A stretch of 64,000 nt of DNA from Pontiella sp. (GTDB lineage: Bacteria; Verrucomicrobiota; Kiritimatiellia; Kiritimatiellales; Pontiellaceae), in assembly GCA_050290185.1 (NCBI GenBank), contig JBNKHE010000004.1, positions 244,409 through 308,408 on the forward strand, in the 5' to 3' direction. Shown in pieces: positions 1 to 8,606 of this stretch. Every line of letters begins with the position of its first letter. Position 1 is the stretch's first letter. A model generated the notes under the pieces. That model worked only from the letters and a program-made list of their open reading frames with translations. It was not told where the DNA came from and made no database searches. A program made the translations under genes and the position numbers.

Positions 1-1
1 A

Positions 2-910
2 GTGCGAGGCTCTAATGATTATGAAGTAGTTAATCTTTACATTGACAAAGCAGCTGCCGGAAATATGACTGGAGTCGACTGGAATAATGCATATACAGAT
101 ATTTATGATGCATTATCAAAGGTTGAGACTGGAGATTATACCCATGGAGCAAATTTGATCTTTGCGGGTGGTGATACACATACAGTTACCAATGTGCTTA
201 ATCTTCCTTACGGAGTGTCCCTGATCGGTACTAACCCAACAAATTTAACAACAATATCGAATACCACTCCTACGTCCTGGACCTATCAGTTTTTGACACA
301 ATCCTCCAACTTCACAGTTCTTGCAAATCTAGATCTTCAAACTACAGGGTTGGGAAATCTTCTTATCGGAGGAGCAAACACCAATCAAGCTGCTACTGTA
401 ATTGATAATTGCCTAATGAGCTCTGACGACACAACAATTGGCTACATTGATGGTTATAAGCATGGCTCTATACTCTCCATTTTTAATTCGGGCATAATCA
501 GTTCACTGAATGGCATCGCAACTTATGCTGAGCATTTAAATATTGTTTCACAGAACACTTACATTGCCGCAGAGGGTAACCATCCGAGTTATCCAGGATA
601 TTCGTGCGGAGTTTATGCATCACATGCCCGAATTCACTTTTATGGCACGTCCTCAAGCAATTCAACTATTGCAACCGCAAATACTCAAAAAAACACTCTC
701 TATCCTTACAATGGGCCAGTCTTCTCGGATAATGCTCGGATCTATCTTGAGAACTACCACTTAGATACTTCTGAAATGAAGGATATTACTAACTATACGA
801 TGAGAGCCGTTGGATTAACGGGTCATATACTTTATCGCAATTTAGACTTCTCACCCTCGATTACAACAAATGCATCATCGAGTATAACGGAATTGGTTGA
901 TTTCGACTAA
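2..910 (+). CDS. Cassette protein, 5'-truncated by window edge; probable secreted beta-helix (pectin-lyase-like fold) protein
   Basis: Open frame from window edge; LYIDKAAAGNMTGVDWNNAYTDIYDAL resembles beta-helix N-cap motifs; Asn/Thr/Ser-rich. Confidence 0.6.
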   Translation: MRGSNDYEVVNLYIDKAAAGNMTGVDWNNAYTDIYDALSKVETGDYTHGANLIFAGGDTHTVTNVLNLPYGVSLIGTNPTNLTTISNTTPTSWTYQFLTQSSNFTVLANLDLQTTGLGNLLIGGANTNQAATVIDNCLMSSDDTTIGYIDGYKHGSILSIFNSGIISSLNGIATYAEHLNIVSQNTYIAAEGNHPSYPGYSCGVYASHARIHFYGTSSSNSTIATANTQKNTLYPYNGPVFSDNARIYLENYHLDTSEMKDITNYTMRAVGLTGHILYRNLDFSPSITTNASSSITELVDFD

Positions 911-952
911 AAGCCGCAATCACACATCCAAAAAAATAGGAATAAATAGCAA

Positions 953-1040
953 GTCGAACCAGCTCATAGACCCTACTTGGACGACGCCCATCGATTCGGT
1001 CAAAGCCTGATTCCCAAGCGGATCATGAGTAACGTTGTGC
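953..1040 (+). repeat. attC site (family B, 88 bp)
   Basis: GTCGAAC...CTCATAGACC / GGATCATGAG...GTTGTGC. Confidence 0.85.
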
Positions 1041-1146
1041 ACAGATAATTTATCGGAGATAAATAACGAGTGAAAAGAGAGGTTCAAACCGCACAATCTA
1101 TAGTGTCAAACGTTTATGCCCGCTCAGGTCACACGTAACGTTGGAA
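1041..1146 (+). repeat. Orphan right half of a family-A attC
   Basis: CAGATAATTTATCGGAGATAAATAACGAGTG...CAGGTCACACGTAACGTTGGAA without its left arm. Confidence 0.85.
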
Positions 1147-1162
1147 ATTAAAAGGAGAACAG

Positions 1163-1792
1163 ATGAAAAAATTATTGATAGGACTATCGGCTATAGCGGC
1201 ATCCACAGCTCTTGCATCCACAGTTGTACCCACAGAGCCTAAGGCCCAAGGAAAGAAACTGGCGGTACAGATAGTTAAAGTTGATTCAACCAAACATTAC
1301 GACATGACATCTCCCGAATATCCCGACATTCTTCTAGCCCCAGATAAATTGCTAAGTGATGAATCCAATACGATAACACAATATCCAGTGTTATATGGAG
1401 AACCTGGAACATCAGTTACAAATGATCAAACTGAAGCGATTAGCTATGTTGATGGCTATTCCATTGTTGAGGGAAAGGTAGTTCCTGAAGAACACGTCCA
1501 TAAGATTGGATTATTTATTTCTGCGGATATCTCCGAACTTAAAGGCAACGCAGTCAAACTAAACCTTAACATTCAAAATGAGCAGTTTTTTGGATATGAC
1601 GAACAAACTGTGGACGGTAATCAGAAAGTGAAACTAGCCTTCTTCAACAGCCAAAGCCACAATACACCGATAACGTTGGCAATAGGAAACTGGCTAGTGC
1701 TCGGTGGCATATTGAATGAGACAACCAGTTCAAGTGCTATCTCACACACTTCTGTCTATCTGGTTCGCGTCATAGACCCATTGCAGGAATAA
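1163..1792 (+). CDS. Cassette: secreted protein resembling a stand-alone secretin beta-core domain
   Basis: Signal peptide; ..IGLFISADI..KLNLNI..FFGYDE..FFNSQSHNTPITLAIGNWLVLGGIL..VRVIDP pattern. Confidence 0.55.
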   Translation: MKKLLIGLSAIAASTALASTVVPTEPKAQGKKLAVQIVKVDSTKHYDMTSPEYPDILLAPDKLLSDESNTITQYPVLYGEPGTSVTNDQTEAISYVDGYSIVEGKVVPEEHVHKIGLFISADISELKGNAVKLNLNIQNEQFFGYDEQTVDGNQKVKLAFFNSQSHNTPITLAIGNWLVLGGILNETTSSSAISHTSVYLVRVIDPLQE

Positions 1793-1797
1793 AATAT

Positions 1798-1946
1798 TTC
1801 CAGCCAGCGCGTGGGGACCCTACGCGGCCGAAAGCGAAGCGACAGATAATTTATGAAAGAAATAACGAGAGAAACGAGTGGTTCAAAACGCAGAATTTTC
1901 ATGCCTAACGCATAAGTCCCGCGCAGGTCACACGTAACCGTTCGGC
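1798..1946 (+). repeat. attC site (family A long; R'' mutated TTCCAGC)
   Basis: CAGCGCGTGG..CCTACGCGG...CCCGCGCAGGTCACACGTAACCGTTCGGC. Confidence 0.85.
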
Positions 1947-1957
1947 ATAAGGAAACA

Positions 1958-2305
1958 ATGAAAATACTATCCATCGTAACAATAAGTTCTCTTTTTCTTT
2001 TTGGATGCAATCCATCCTCTCAAAACAGCAAATGCATAAAGAAGATAGAGGTTAGCTCTGTCACTATTGTTGATCCAACCATTCCTACGGGCGTATCTGG
2101 GTCAACCAATACAAAAGGAGGACTATCCGAGGAAAGAGAATCTCCATACAAAACCTATTATAAAACTGACTTCAGTCACATTTACATCGAGTCAGATGAG
2201 GAATGGTTAAGAATAACCCGAGTATTCAAAAAATCCGGAGTAAAAGAAACAACGGTCGATTATTATAAGCCAGATTCGGTGATAAAATTTACGACTAAAG
2301 ATTAA
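1958..2305 (+). CDS. Cassette: hypothetical lipoprotein
   Basis: Lipobox LFGC after hydrophobic N-terminus; RBS AAGGA. Confidence 0.75.
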   Translation: MKILSIVTISSLFLFGCNPSSQNSKCIKKIEVSSVTIVDPTIPTGVSGSTNTKGGLSEERESPYKTYYKTDFSHIYIESDEEWLRITRVFKKSGVKETTVDYYKPDSVIKFTTKD

Positions 2306-2314
2306 ACATAATGA

Positions 2315-2404
2315 GCCGAACCAGCGCGTGGACCTTACGCGGTAAAACGCACAGTTTTCATGCCCAACGCATAAGTCCCGCGCAGGTCACACGTAACGTT
2401 CTTG
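2315..2404 (+). repeat. attC site (family A short, 90 bp)
   Basis: GCCGAACCAGCGCGTGGACCTTACGCGG...CCCGCGCAGGTCACACGTAACGTTCTTG. Confidence 0.9.
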
Positions 2405-2421
2405 CGGACGCTGCGCTTGCC

Positions 2422-2516
2422 GCAGAACCAGGCCGCTGCACCAACATTCCGGCTGGCCGTCCGCAGGCTCCGCCTGCTACCGTCCACCCGGAAAGTTGGT
2501 GAGCGCCGCATTAGAA
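2422..2516 (+). repeat. GC-rich foreign-type attC closing an ORF-less mini-cassette (R' ATTAGAA)
   Basis: GCAGAAC..CGCTGCACCAAC-ATTCCGG / CCGGAAAGTTGGTGAGCG..ATTAGAA; next cassette closes with TTCTAAC. Confidence 0.75.
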
Positions 2517-2527
2517 ACGGAGATAAT

Positions 2528-3031
2528 ATGACGGAAGAAACAAAACAGAAGTTTATAGATCATCCTGCACCCAGCATCGGCTTGTTTACGCTTCTCGTTG
2601 TAATTATCTGCTTTCTGATTACCGTAATCCCAATGGCAATATCGGACATGCCCAAAGAAGAGCTTGGTTCACCTTCCGCAATCGGAATTTATGCTGTCCT
2701 TGGCTTTGCGATTGCCATCCTGTGTTTCTACCTGTGGCCACTCTACACCACATATTACATCGTTGATGATAATGGCATAACGATAAAATATGGTCCATGG
2801 ACACGTGTATCCCAATGGAATGAATTCAAAATGGTATATTGGCAAAAGGGGATGTTTGTCTCAAAGATCGGGGTGCCTTCTATCACCCCATGTGTACGCC
2901 TCTCAAATGGTCTTGTCCTTCCAAGGAAACACAAGACATGGGGACTATACATTACCCCAAATGATCCGGAAGCATTCATCCGTAAGATCGAGTTGTTTGC
3001 TCCAGAATTAACCAAAGAGATGATAAAATAG
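2528..3031 (+). CDS. Cassette: membrane protein with bacterial PH-like domain
   Basis: Two TM helices then Y-x-V-DDNGITIKYG..ITPNDPEAF; start moved to ATG 2528, downstream of the attC. Confidence 0.7.
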   Translation: MTEETKQKFIDHPAPSIGLFTLLVVIICFLITVIPMAISDMPKEELGSPSAIGIYAVLGFAIAILCFYLWPLYTTYYIVDDNGITIKYGPWTRVSQWNEFKMVYWQKGMFVSKIGVPSITPCVRLSNGLVLPRKHKTWGLYITPNDPEAFIRKIELFAPELTKEMIK

Positions 3032-3034
3032 GAT

Positions 3035-3182
3035 TTCTAACCAGCGCGTGGACCTTACGGGACCGCATGCGCATCGCAGATAATTTATCGGAGATAAATA
3101 ACGAGTGAAACGAGAGGTTCAAACCGCACAGTTTTCATGCCTGACGTTGGTAGTCCCGCGCAGGTCACACATAACGTTGGAT
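3035..3182 (+). repeat. attC site (family A long)
   Basis: TTCTAACCAGCGCGTGGACC...CAGGTCACACATAACGTTGGAT. Confidence 0.9.
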
Positions 3183-3204
3183 GCAGAAAACAAGGAGAGT
3201 AAAG

Positions 3205-3633
3205 ATGGAAGACAAAGTTTCAGAAGAGCAAGAATTTCATGCAGGGCAAGCATCAACTCCGGCTGTAGAGGTTGCGCCCACACCCGAATCGTCGCCGATT
3301 GCTGGATTTACTAATGAGCAAAGAACGCTTGCGCTCTGCGCATATCTGATCCCGTTAGTAACCAGTTCAAACTTCATTGCTCCCCTCATTATCTGGCTGT
3401 TAAAAAAAGGTGAAGACTCATACGTCGAAAATCATGCCAAGGAATCGCTCAACTTTCAGATTACGTTTGTGATCTTTGTCTTCGTTGCATGGCTGAGCAT
3501 CTTTTTATTAATAGGTGCACTTTTGTTCCCTGCAGTCATAATCACTTATATAGTTTTTGGCATCATTGCCTGCGTCAAAGCGTACAAGGGTGAAGAATAC
3601 AGAATCCCACTCTGCATCCGCTTCATCAAATAG
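3205..3633 (+). CDS. Cassette: DUF4870 membrane protein
   Basis: PLIIWLLKK...HAKESLNFQIT...KAYKGEEYRIP signature. Confidence 0.9.
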   Translation: MEDKVSEEQEFHAGQASTPAVEVAPTPESSPIAGFTNEQRTLALCAYLIPLVTSSNFIAPLIIWLLKKGEDSYVENHAKESLNFQITFVIFVFVAWLSIFLLIGALLFPAVIITYIVFGIIACVKAYKGEEYRIPLCIRFIK

Positions 3634-3675
3634 TCAAAAAATACCATAAGAAGACCTCTTCAGATAAATAAGGAC

Positions 3676-3821
3676 ATCCAACCAGCGCGTGGACCTTACG
3701 CGGCCGCACGCGCAGCGCAGATAATTTATCGGAGATAAATAATGAGTGAAACGAGAGGCTCAAAACGCACAATCTATCGTGCCAAACGTTTATTTCGCGC
3801 AGGTCACACGTAGCGTTGGCT
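3676..3821 (+). repeat. attC site (family A long)
   Basis: ATCCAAC...GTTGGCT. Confidence 0.9.
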
Positions 3822-3848
3822 TTCATAAAATCCTAAAAGGAGCAAGCA

Positions 3849-4103
3849 ATGGAAATTGAACAAATTATTATCACATTAGTTATAGGTGGTGTTGCGGGCT
3901 GGCTAGCTGGAATTCTCTTCAAGGGAGGGGGATTCGGCCTCGTTGGAAATATAATTGTAGGGTTGCTTGGAGCCGTGTTAGGAGGATGGTTATTTAGAGT
4001 TCTTAATATTTCAGTTGGTGGTGAATGGGTAGGCCCAATTGTTACATCGACGATAGGAGCAATCGTTCTCCTCTTTGCGATAAGCTTCGTGAAAAGGAAA
4101 TAG
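3849..4103 (+). CDS. Cassette: GlsB/YeaQ/YmgE (transglycosylase-associated) membrane protein
   Basis: IGGVAGWLAG..GGGFGLVGNIIVGLLGAVLGGWLF..IGAIVLL. Confidence 0.92.
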   Translation: MEIEQIIITLVIGGVAGWLAGILFKGGGFGLVGNIIVGLLGAVLGGWLFRVLNISVGGEWVGPIVTSTIGAIVLLFAISFVKRK

Positions 4104-4191
4104 CCAACCAGCGCCTGAACCTTACGCGGTAAAACGCACAATTTTCATGCCTAACGCATATGTCCCGCGCAGGTTACACGTAACGTTCGGT
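4102..4191 (+). repeat. attC site (family A short)
   Basis: AGCCAAC...GTTCGGT. Confidence 0.9.
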
Positions 4192-4201
4192 AAAAACATA
4201 A

Positions 4202-4528
4202 ATGAAGCAACCCATATCAACCTCTGAAACTCGACCCAAACGGAATCGACTGTTGTTTATGTCCACACTAGTTGCTCTTACTGGATTTTTTGGAATTCCT
4301 CTCACGTTCCAAATAATCGCCAAGGCAGACTTCTTCAGTATTCTTTTCTTTCTGCCATGCATTCCTCTGATGTTCAACCTAATCGGACTAGGCTTAGTTG
4401 CTTGCGATAAACTCAAGACAAAGGGACTCATTATTTACCTAATTCCATGCTTCATTCTATCATTTTTCGTAATAGCAGGCACAGCCGGCATGCTCCACTT
4501 CTTTATTGTGTATGAATCAATGCCCTAG
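4202..4528 (+). CDS. Cassette: hypothetical 3-TM membrane protein
   Basis: Fills cassette; three hydrophobic segments. Confidence 0.65.
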   Translation: MKQPISTSETRPKRNRLLFMSTLVALTGFFGIPLTFQIIAKADFFSILFFLPCIPLMFNLIGLGLVACDKLKTKGLIIYLIPCFILSFFVIAGTAGMLHFFIVYESMP

Positions 4529-4561
4529 AAAGATGAACAAAACATCTCCAATAATAATGAA

Positions 4562-4656
4562 ACCGAACCAGGGCATGGACCCGACAGAGTCCGGCAGTTA
4601 ATTTAACGGCAAAGAACCACTCCCCCCATTTTTGCGGGTCACGCCTAACATTAGAC
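4562..4656 (+). repeat. attC site (distinct type; R' ATTAGAC)
   Basis: ACCGAACCAGGGCATGGACCCG...CGGGTCACGCCTAACATTAGAC. Confidence 0.8.
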
Positions 4657-4664
4657 AAAAATAG

Positions 4665-5222
4665 ATGATTAATCTCCGTCCATTCCAATCCTCAGACATT
4701 TCCTGTTTTAATGAGTTCTCAGGGGATGATTGGACGGTTTTTAATTGGTTGGATGAGATCGGGCGGCCGATTATAAAGGAAAAGTTTTTGAAAGATCTAG
4801 AGAACCCTGAGTTGCATTCTTACATCGCGGTTGAATCGAACCAGCAAGAAGTCGTCGGGCATCTTCAAATAAAAGAAATGGAACCAGGAGTTGGTCGCTT
4901 TCACAGGTTTGTAGTAAGCAAAAAAGAGAAAAGAAGAAAAGGAATTGGAAGAGATATATTGTCCCAAGCGCTTAAAATCGCGTTCGAAGAATTTGAGTTC
5001 GACCTGATGACTCTGGGAGTTTTTGATATTAATACTCCAGCAATCAGTTTCTGCGAATCTATGGGCTTTCAACCACACTCCTCAAAGTTGATTGATTATC
5101 GCTTTAACGATAATCTCACCCACCCTTTGAATATGACGCTCCCGAAAGAAAATTGGGAGTCTAACAAGGCATGTGAGAGGAATGCCGAGATCGCTCCCGC
5201 TCCTCGCCATCTCTCCACTTGA
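4665..5222 (+). CDS. Cassette: GNAT N-acetyltransferase
   Basis: RRKGIGR motif A; LGVFDINTPAISFCESMGF; frame reads through its attC. Confidence 0.85.
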   Translation: MINLRPFQSSDISCFNEFSGDDWTVFNWLDEIGRPIIKEKFLKDLENPELHSYIAVESNQQEVVGHLQIKEMEPGVGRFHRFVVSKKEKRRKGIGRDILSQALKIAFEEFEFDLMTLGVFDINTPAISFCESMGFQPHSSKLIDYRFNDNLTHPLNMTLPKENWESNKACERNAEIAPAPRHLST

Positions 5223-5230
5223 CGTTGGGC
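5159..5230 (+). repeat. Short attC site (72 bp)
   Basis: GTCTAACAAG...GAGAGG..GCCGAG / CTCGCCATCTCTC..CTTGACGTTGGGC. Confidence 0.75.
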
Positions 5231-5241
5231 AAAGAAAAAAT

Positions 5242-5847
5242 ATGTACATACCTGATAGATTTAAGATGAATGACAGGGAGGTAGTTAATACCTTCATTCG
5301 TAAGCATAATTTCGGACTGCTTGTCACAACCGACGGAAAAACCATCGATGAGACCTTAACACCCTTCCTAATTTCAGAAACCGAAGAGTGTCTGTACGGC
5401 CATATTGCACGGGCAAACCCGCAATGGACGAAATGGGATGACTCAACAATAGCCAAAGTGATGTTCACCGGCCCTCATTCTTATATTTCCCCAAAGTTTT
5501 ATGAGTCTGAATTGAACGTACCGACGTGGAATTATACGGCGGTTTCAATCAGCGGAGAAATTAAGACCCAAAATAACAGGCCTGAAATTATTGAATTTCT
5601 AGATGCCTTGGTTACCCAACATGAAGCACCGGAAGCTCCATGGAATCTAGATAAAGATGATGAACGCTATATGAAGCTACTCGACGGGATCGTTGTCTTC
5701 AGACTCCAAATTAAGGATGTCGAAGCATCGTATAAATTAAACCAAAATAAGAAAGTAGAGGATCAGTTGAGTGTTATAGCGGCTCTGGAAAGTTCAGATA
5801 ATCCAATTGATAACGAAGTTGCTAAAATGATGAAGCAGAACATATAA
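5242..5847 (+). CDS. Cassette: FMN-binding negative transcriptional regulator (PaiB family)
   Basis: MYIP..F; GHIARANPQW; GPHSYISP; VPTWNY; KLNQNK. Confidence 0.92.
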   Translation: MYIPDRFKMNDREVVNTFIRKHNFGLLVTTDGKTIDETLTPFLISETEECLYGHIARANPQWTKWDDSTIAKVMFTGPHSYISPKFYESELNVPTWNYTAVSISGEIKTQNNRPEIIEFLDALVTQHEAPEAPWNLDKDDERYMKLLDGIVVFRLQIKDVEASYKLNQNKKVEDQLSVIAALESSDNPIDNEVAKMMKQNI

Positions 5848-5849
5848 TA

Positions 5850-5998
5850 GCTCAACCAGCGCGTGGAGCTTACGCAGCCGCACGCGTAGCGCAGATAATT
5901 TATCGGAGATAAATAACGAGTGAAACGAGCGGTTCAAAACGCACAATTTTCATGCCCACAACACAGAAGCCCCGCGCAGGTCACACGTAACGTTTCAG
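5850..5998 (+). repeat. attC site (family A long)
   Basis: GCTCAACCAGCGCGTGGAGC...CAGGTCACACGTAACGTTTCAG. Confidence 0.9.
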
Positions 5999-6008
5999 GA
6001 GAGAAAAT

Positions 6009-6350
6009 ATGAACAAAATATGCATCTATGCTTCTTTGTTAATTCTACTGTTGAGCGGATGCACAACACCCGAAATACAAATAGAGAAAGCTTCAGCTTT
6101 ATCCCAAGAAAAAATCGAAATTATGAGAGAGCAAGTTCAGGAAGATTTACAGCAATATCAAATGCAGCAGATCAGAGCTGGTCTGCCACCCCTCCCCATT
6201 CCTCTGACCGAAGAAAACATTGCTCGCATTCAATCTGAACTAAAAGCACATACAGAAAAACCAGAGGTTTATGTTGAGGCAAAAACAACCCCTGAACTAC
6301 AAAAAATGATACACGACTCCATCGTTCGTGGAATGCAGCAAGCAGATTAA
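6009..6350 (+). CDS. Cassette: hypothetical lipoprotein
   Basis: Lipobox LSGC; RBS AGGAG. Confidence 0.75.
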   Translation: MNKICIYASLLILLLSGCTTPEIQIEKASALSQEKIEIMREQVQEDLQQYQMQQIRAGLPPLPIPLTEENIARIQSELKAHTEKPEVYVEAKTTPELQKMIHDSIVRGMQQAD

Positions 6351-6356
6351 AAATTT

Positions 6357-6447
6357 TGCCAACCAGCGCGTGGACCTTACGAGGTAAAACGCACAATCTG
6401 TCGTGCCAAACGTTTATGTCCCGCGCAGGTCACACGTAACGTTCTGA
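6357..6447 (+). repeat. attC site (family A short)
   Basis: TGCCAAC...GTTCTGA. Confidence 0.9.
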
Positions 6448-6646
6448 CATATATTATTGATTTTTTTACAGCATGTGTATTTGCCTGATAATAACAGTTT
6501 TTCTTAGAAATAAACATAGTTTCGATTCGGGTTTTGCAGATACCAACTCAATAGCTTAGCGAGCACAATATTTGCATCATAGACAGGCCAGCAAATATGT
6601 TTCCATTTAGGAAAATGCAGGTAAAACATTAGTATTAGGAGGTTTT

Positions 6647-7348
6647 GTGAAGAAATGTAAGTTCGTGGCGTTGTTGGCCTTCATGGCATTTGTGGGAATA
6701 TCATCGGCTGATTTAGTAAGTATCACTGTCAGGGGGAAAGCTGACACAACTAAAATGGGATATTTATCTGGTCATAGTTACAGCTTTACTTGGGTTCTCA
6801 ATGATACATATACCGGCAGTCCTTGGGATGAATATTCTGCTTCTAAAAATCAATGGTATGTTCAAGAATCCATTTACCCGGCACTGTGGGACTCAGTTCA
6901 CGGAAGCGGGTTATCTGGAACGTACGTCCGTCCCTCACCATGGAATGAGGACTACTTGTCTATAAATTCTCAACTTGATACGGATCAAGTAAACTTAACC
7001 GCCGAAGCACCCGTTACCGACATCGGTCTTACCGTGAACGGCGTCAAAGTGGCATGGGTTGCGGCTATAAATCTTCGGTTTAGTGAATTTTCATTTCCGG
7101 AGACATTCTCTAACCCTGCAAATTATATGACAGGATATTTAGGGACATATACACCGAGTGATGGATTTATGCGCGTCGGAGACATAAATGGTAACAACAT
7201 CTACTTTACTGCGACCAGTGTAGAAGTAGTTCCGGAGCCGTCGAGCGCGTTGCTGCTGGTGGTCGGTTCTGGCGGCATCCTGCTCTATCGCCGCACGAGG
7301 GAACGTCATCAAACCGAGATTCCCTCCCGCCGACATTTCTTCCAGTAG
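6647..7348 (+). CDS. Cassette: PEP-CTERM sorting-domain protein
   Basis: Signal peptide; VPEPSSALLLVVGSGGILLYRR; RBS AGGAGG before GTG. Confidence 0.9.
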   Translation: MKKCKFVALLAFMAFVGISSADLVSITVRGKADTTKMGYLSGHSYSFTWVLNDTYTGSPWDEYSASKNQWYVQESIYPALWDSVHGSGLSGTYVRPSPWNEDYLSINSQLDTDQVNLTAEAPVTDIGLTVNGVKVAWVAAINLRFSEFSFPETFSNPANYMTGYLGTYTPSDGFMRVGDINGNNIYFTATSVEVVPEPSSALLLVVGSGGILLYRRTRERHQTEIPSRRHFFQ

Positions 7349-7437
7349 TTCATGGAGGGCTGATCTTGTATTGTCCTTAGGTCGTAATAGAGCCGTGGGG
7401 GTTATTATACATTGTCATGACGAGCAGGGATAACGTT

Positions 7438-7632
7438 TCAGAACCAGCCAAACCATAAAGATGTCCTCTATCTCCCCCACTCCCTTCAATTCACACCTAG
7501 TAAAATCTACTAAATAATCACCAATGGTGTATTTGATGACTCACAAAGAAATTGACTAAACTAATTGTATTTTATGGGGAGTAATGACTCAAACTTGCTC
7601 GACCAAAGACGTTAGTCTGAAAAAACAAATGA
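7438..7632 (+). pseudogene. Truncated attC (R'' TCAGAAC only) fused to a decayed cassette remnant
   Basis: TCAGAACCAGC matches the opening GTTCTGA, but the rest of the attC is missing; ~180 bp with stops precede the next attC. Confidence 0.55.
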
Positions 7633-7780
7633 ATCGAACCCGTGCGTGGACCTTACACGGCCTCACGCGCAGCGCAGATAATTGATCGGAGATAAATAAC
7701 GAGTGAAACGAGAGGCTCAAAACGCACAATCTATCGTACCAAACGCTTATTTCCCGCGCAGGTTAAACGTAACGTCCGAC
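7633..7780 (+). repeat. attC site (family A long; R' mutated GTCCGAC)
   Basis: ATCGAACCCGTGCGTGGACC...CAGGTTAAACGTAACGTCCGAC. Confidence 0.85.
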
Positions 7781-7847
7781 GAAAGAAAAATTTAAGAAAC
7801 CTGCCTAATGCAGAGATTTGAAAACATTAAAATTATAAGGAGATAGA

Positions 7848-8063
7848 ATGAAAAAAATCGGCGGTACAATATTCTTTTTTGGAGCGGGATCCATAGTTCT
7901 ATATTTTGTGCATATGGAATTTATCATCTTATCTTGGATTGACATGTGGGGCCCTTTAGTCGGTTGGATAATTCGAGGAGTGTTACTTGTGGTTGGTGGT
8001 GTTCTTTGGCTCATTGGAAGGCCTGATACGGAACAAAAACGACAGTCTGAATTTGCAGAATAA
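7848..8063 (+). CDS. Cassette: small 2-TM membrane protein
   Basis: RBS AGGAG; GSIVLYF..LSWIDMWG..VGWIIR. Confidence 0.75.
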   Translation: MKKIGGTIFFFGAGSIVLYFVHMEFIILSWIDMWGPLVGWIIRGVLLVVGGVLWLIGRPDTEQKRQSEFAE

Positions 8064-8068
8064 TTTAT

Positions 8069-8216
8069 ATCGAACCAGCGCGTGGACCTTGCGCGGTCGC
8101 ACGCGCTGCGCAGATAATTTATCTGCGATAAATAACGAATGAAATGAGAGGTTCAAACCGTACAATCTATCGTGCCAAATGCTTATTTCCCACGCGGGTC
8201 ACGCCAAACGTTAGGC
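8069..8216 (+). repeat. attC site (family A long, chimeric right end)
   Basis: ATCGAAC...GCGGGTCACGCCAAACGTTAGGC. Confidence 0.88.
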
Positions 8217-8237
8217 ACCTATAAAAAAGGAACAAAA

Positions 8238-8509
8238 ATGAAAAACAGATCAAACGAATATCAGTCGCCCAAACTAGTAAAATCATTGTGATTTTATACG
8301 TAGTATTCAGCCTGCTGTATTCTCTAATCGGTATTCCAATGATTATCTTTGGTGGTTCTGAAATGAAGATAATGGGCTTCATGTATCTCTTCATGCCAAT
8401 TCTCGCAGGCATCTTTGGGTTTATCGGTTGCTGGGTTTACAACCTGGTTGCAGGGAAATTCGGTGGTGTTGAATTTGAAGTAAAAGACATTGGAGAAACA
8501 ATGGCCTAA
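8238..8509 (+). pseudogene. Cassette: DUF3566-like small membrane protein with 1-nt frameshift after the ATG
   Basis: Adding one A to the run at 8241-8245 gives MKKQIKRISVAQTSKIIVILY...YNLVAGKFGGVEFE. Confidence 0.65.
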
Positions 8510-8591
8510 CCAGGTCATTGACCCTACTTGGACAACGCCCGTTTTTGAAGGCAAAGTCTGAGTTCCAAGAAGGTCACACGTAACGTTCGAC
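8504..8591 (+). repeat. attC site (family B left arm, family A right end)
   Basis: GCCTAACCAGGTCATTGACCCTACTTGG...CCAAGAAGGTCACACGTAACGTTCGAC. Confidence 0.85.
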
Positions 8592-8606
8592 TGAGAGGAA
8601 CATTAT

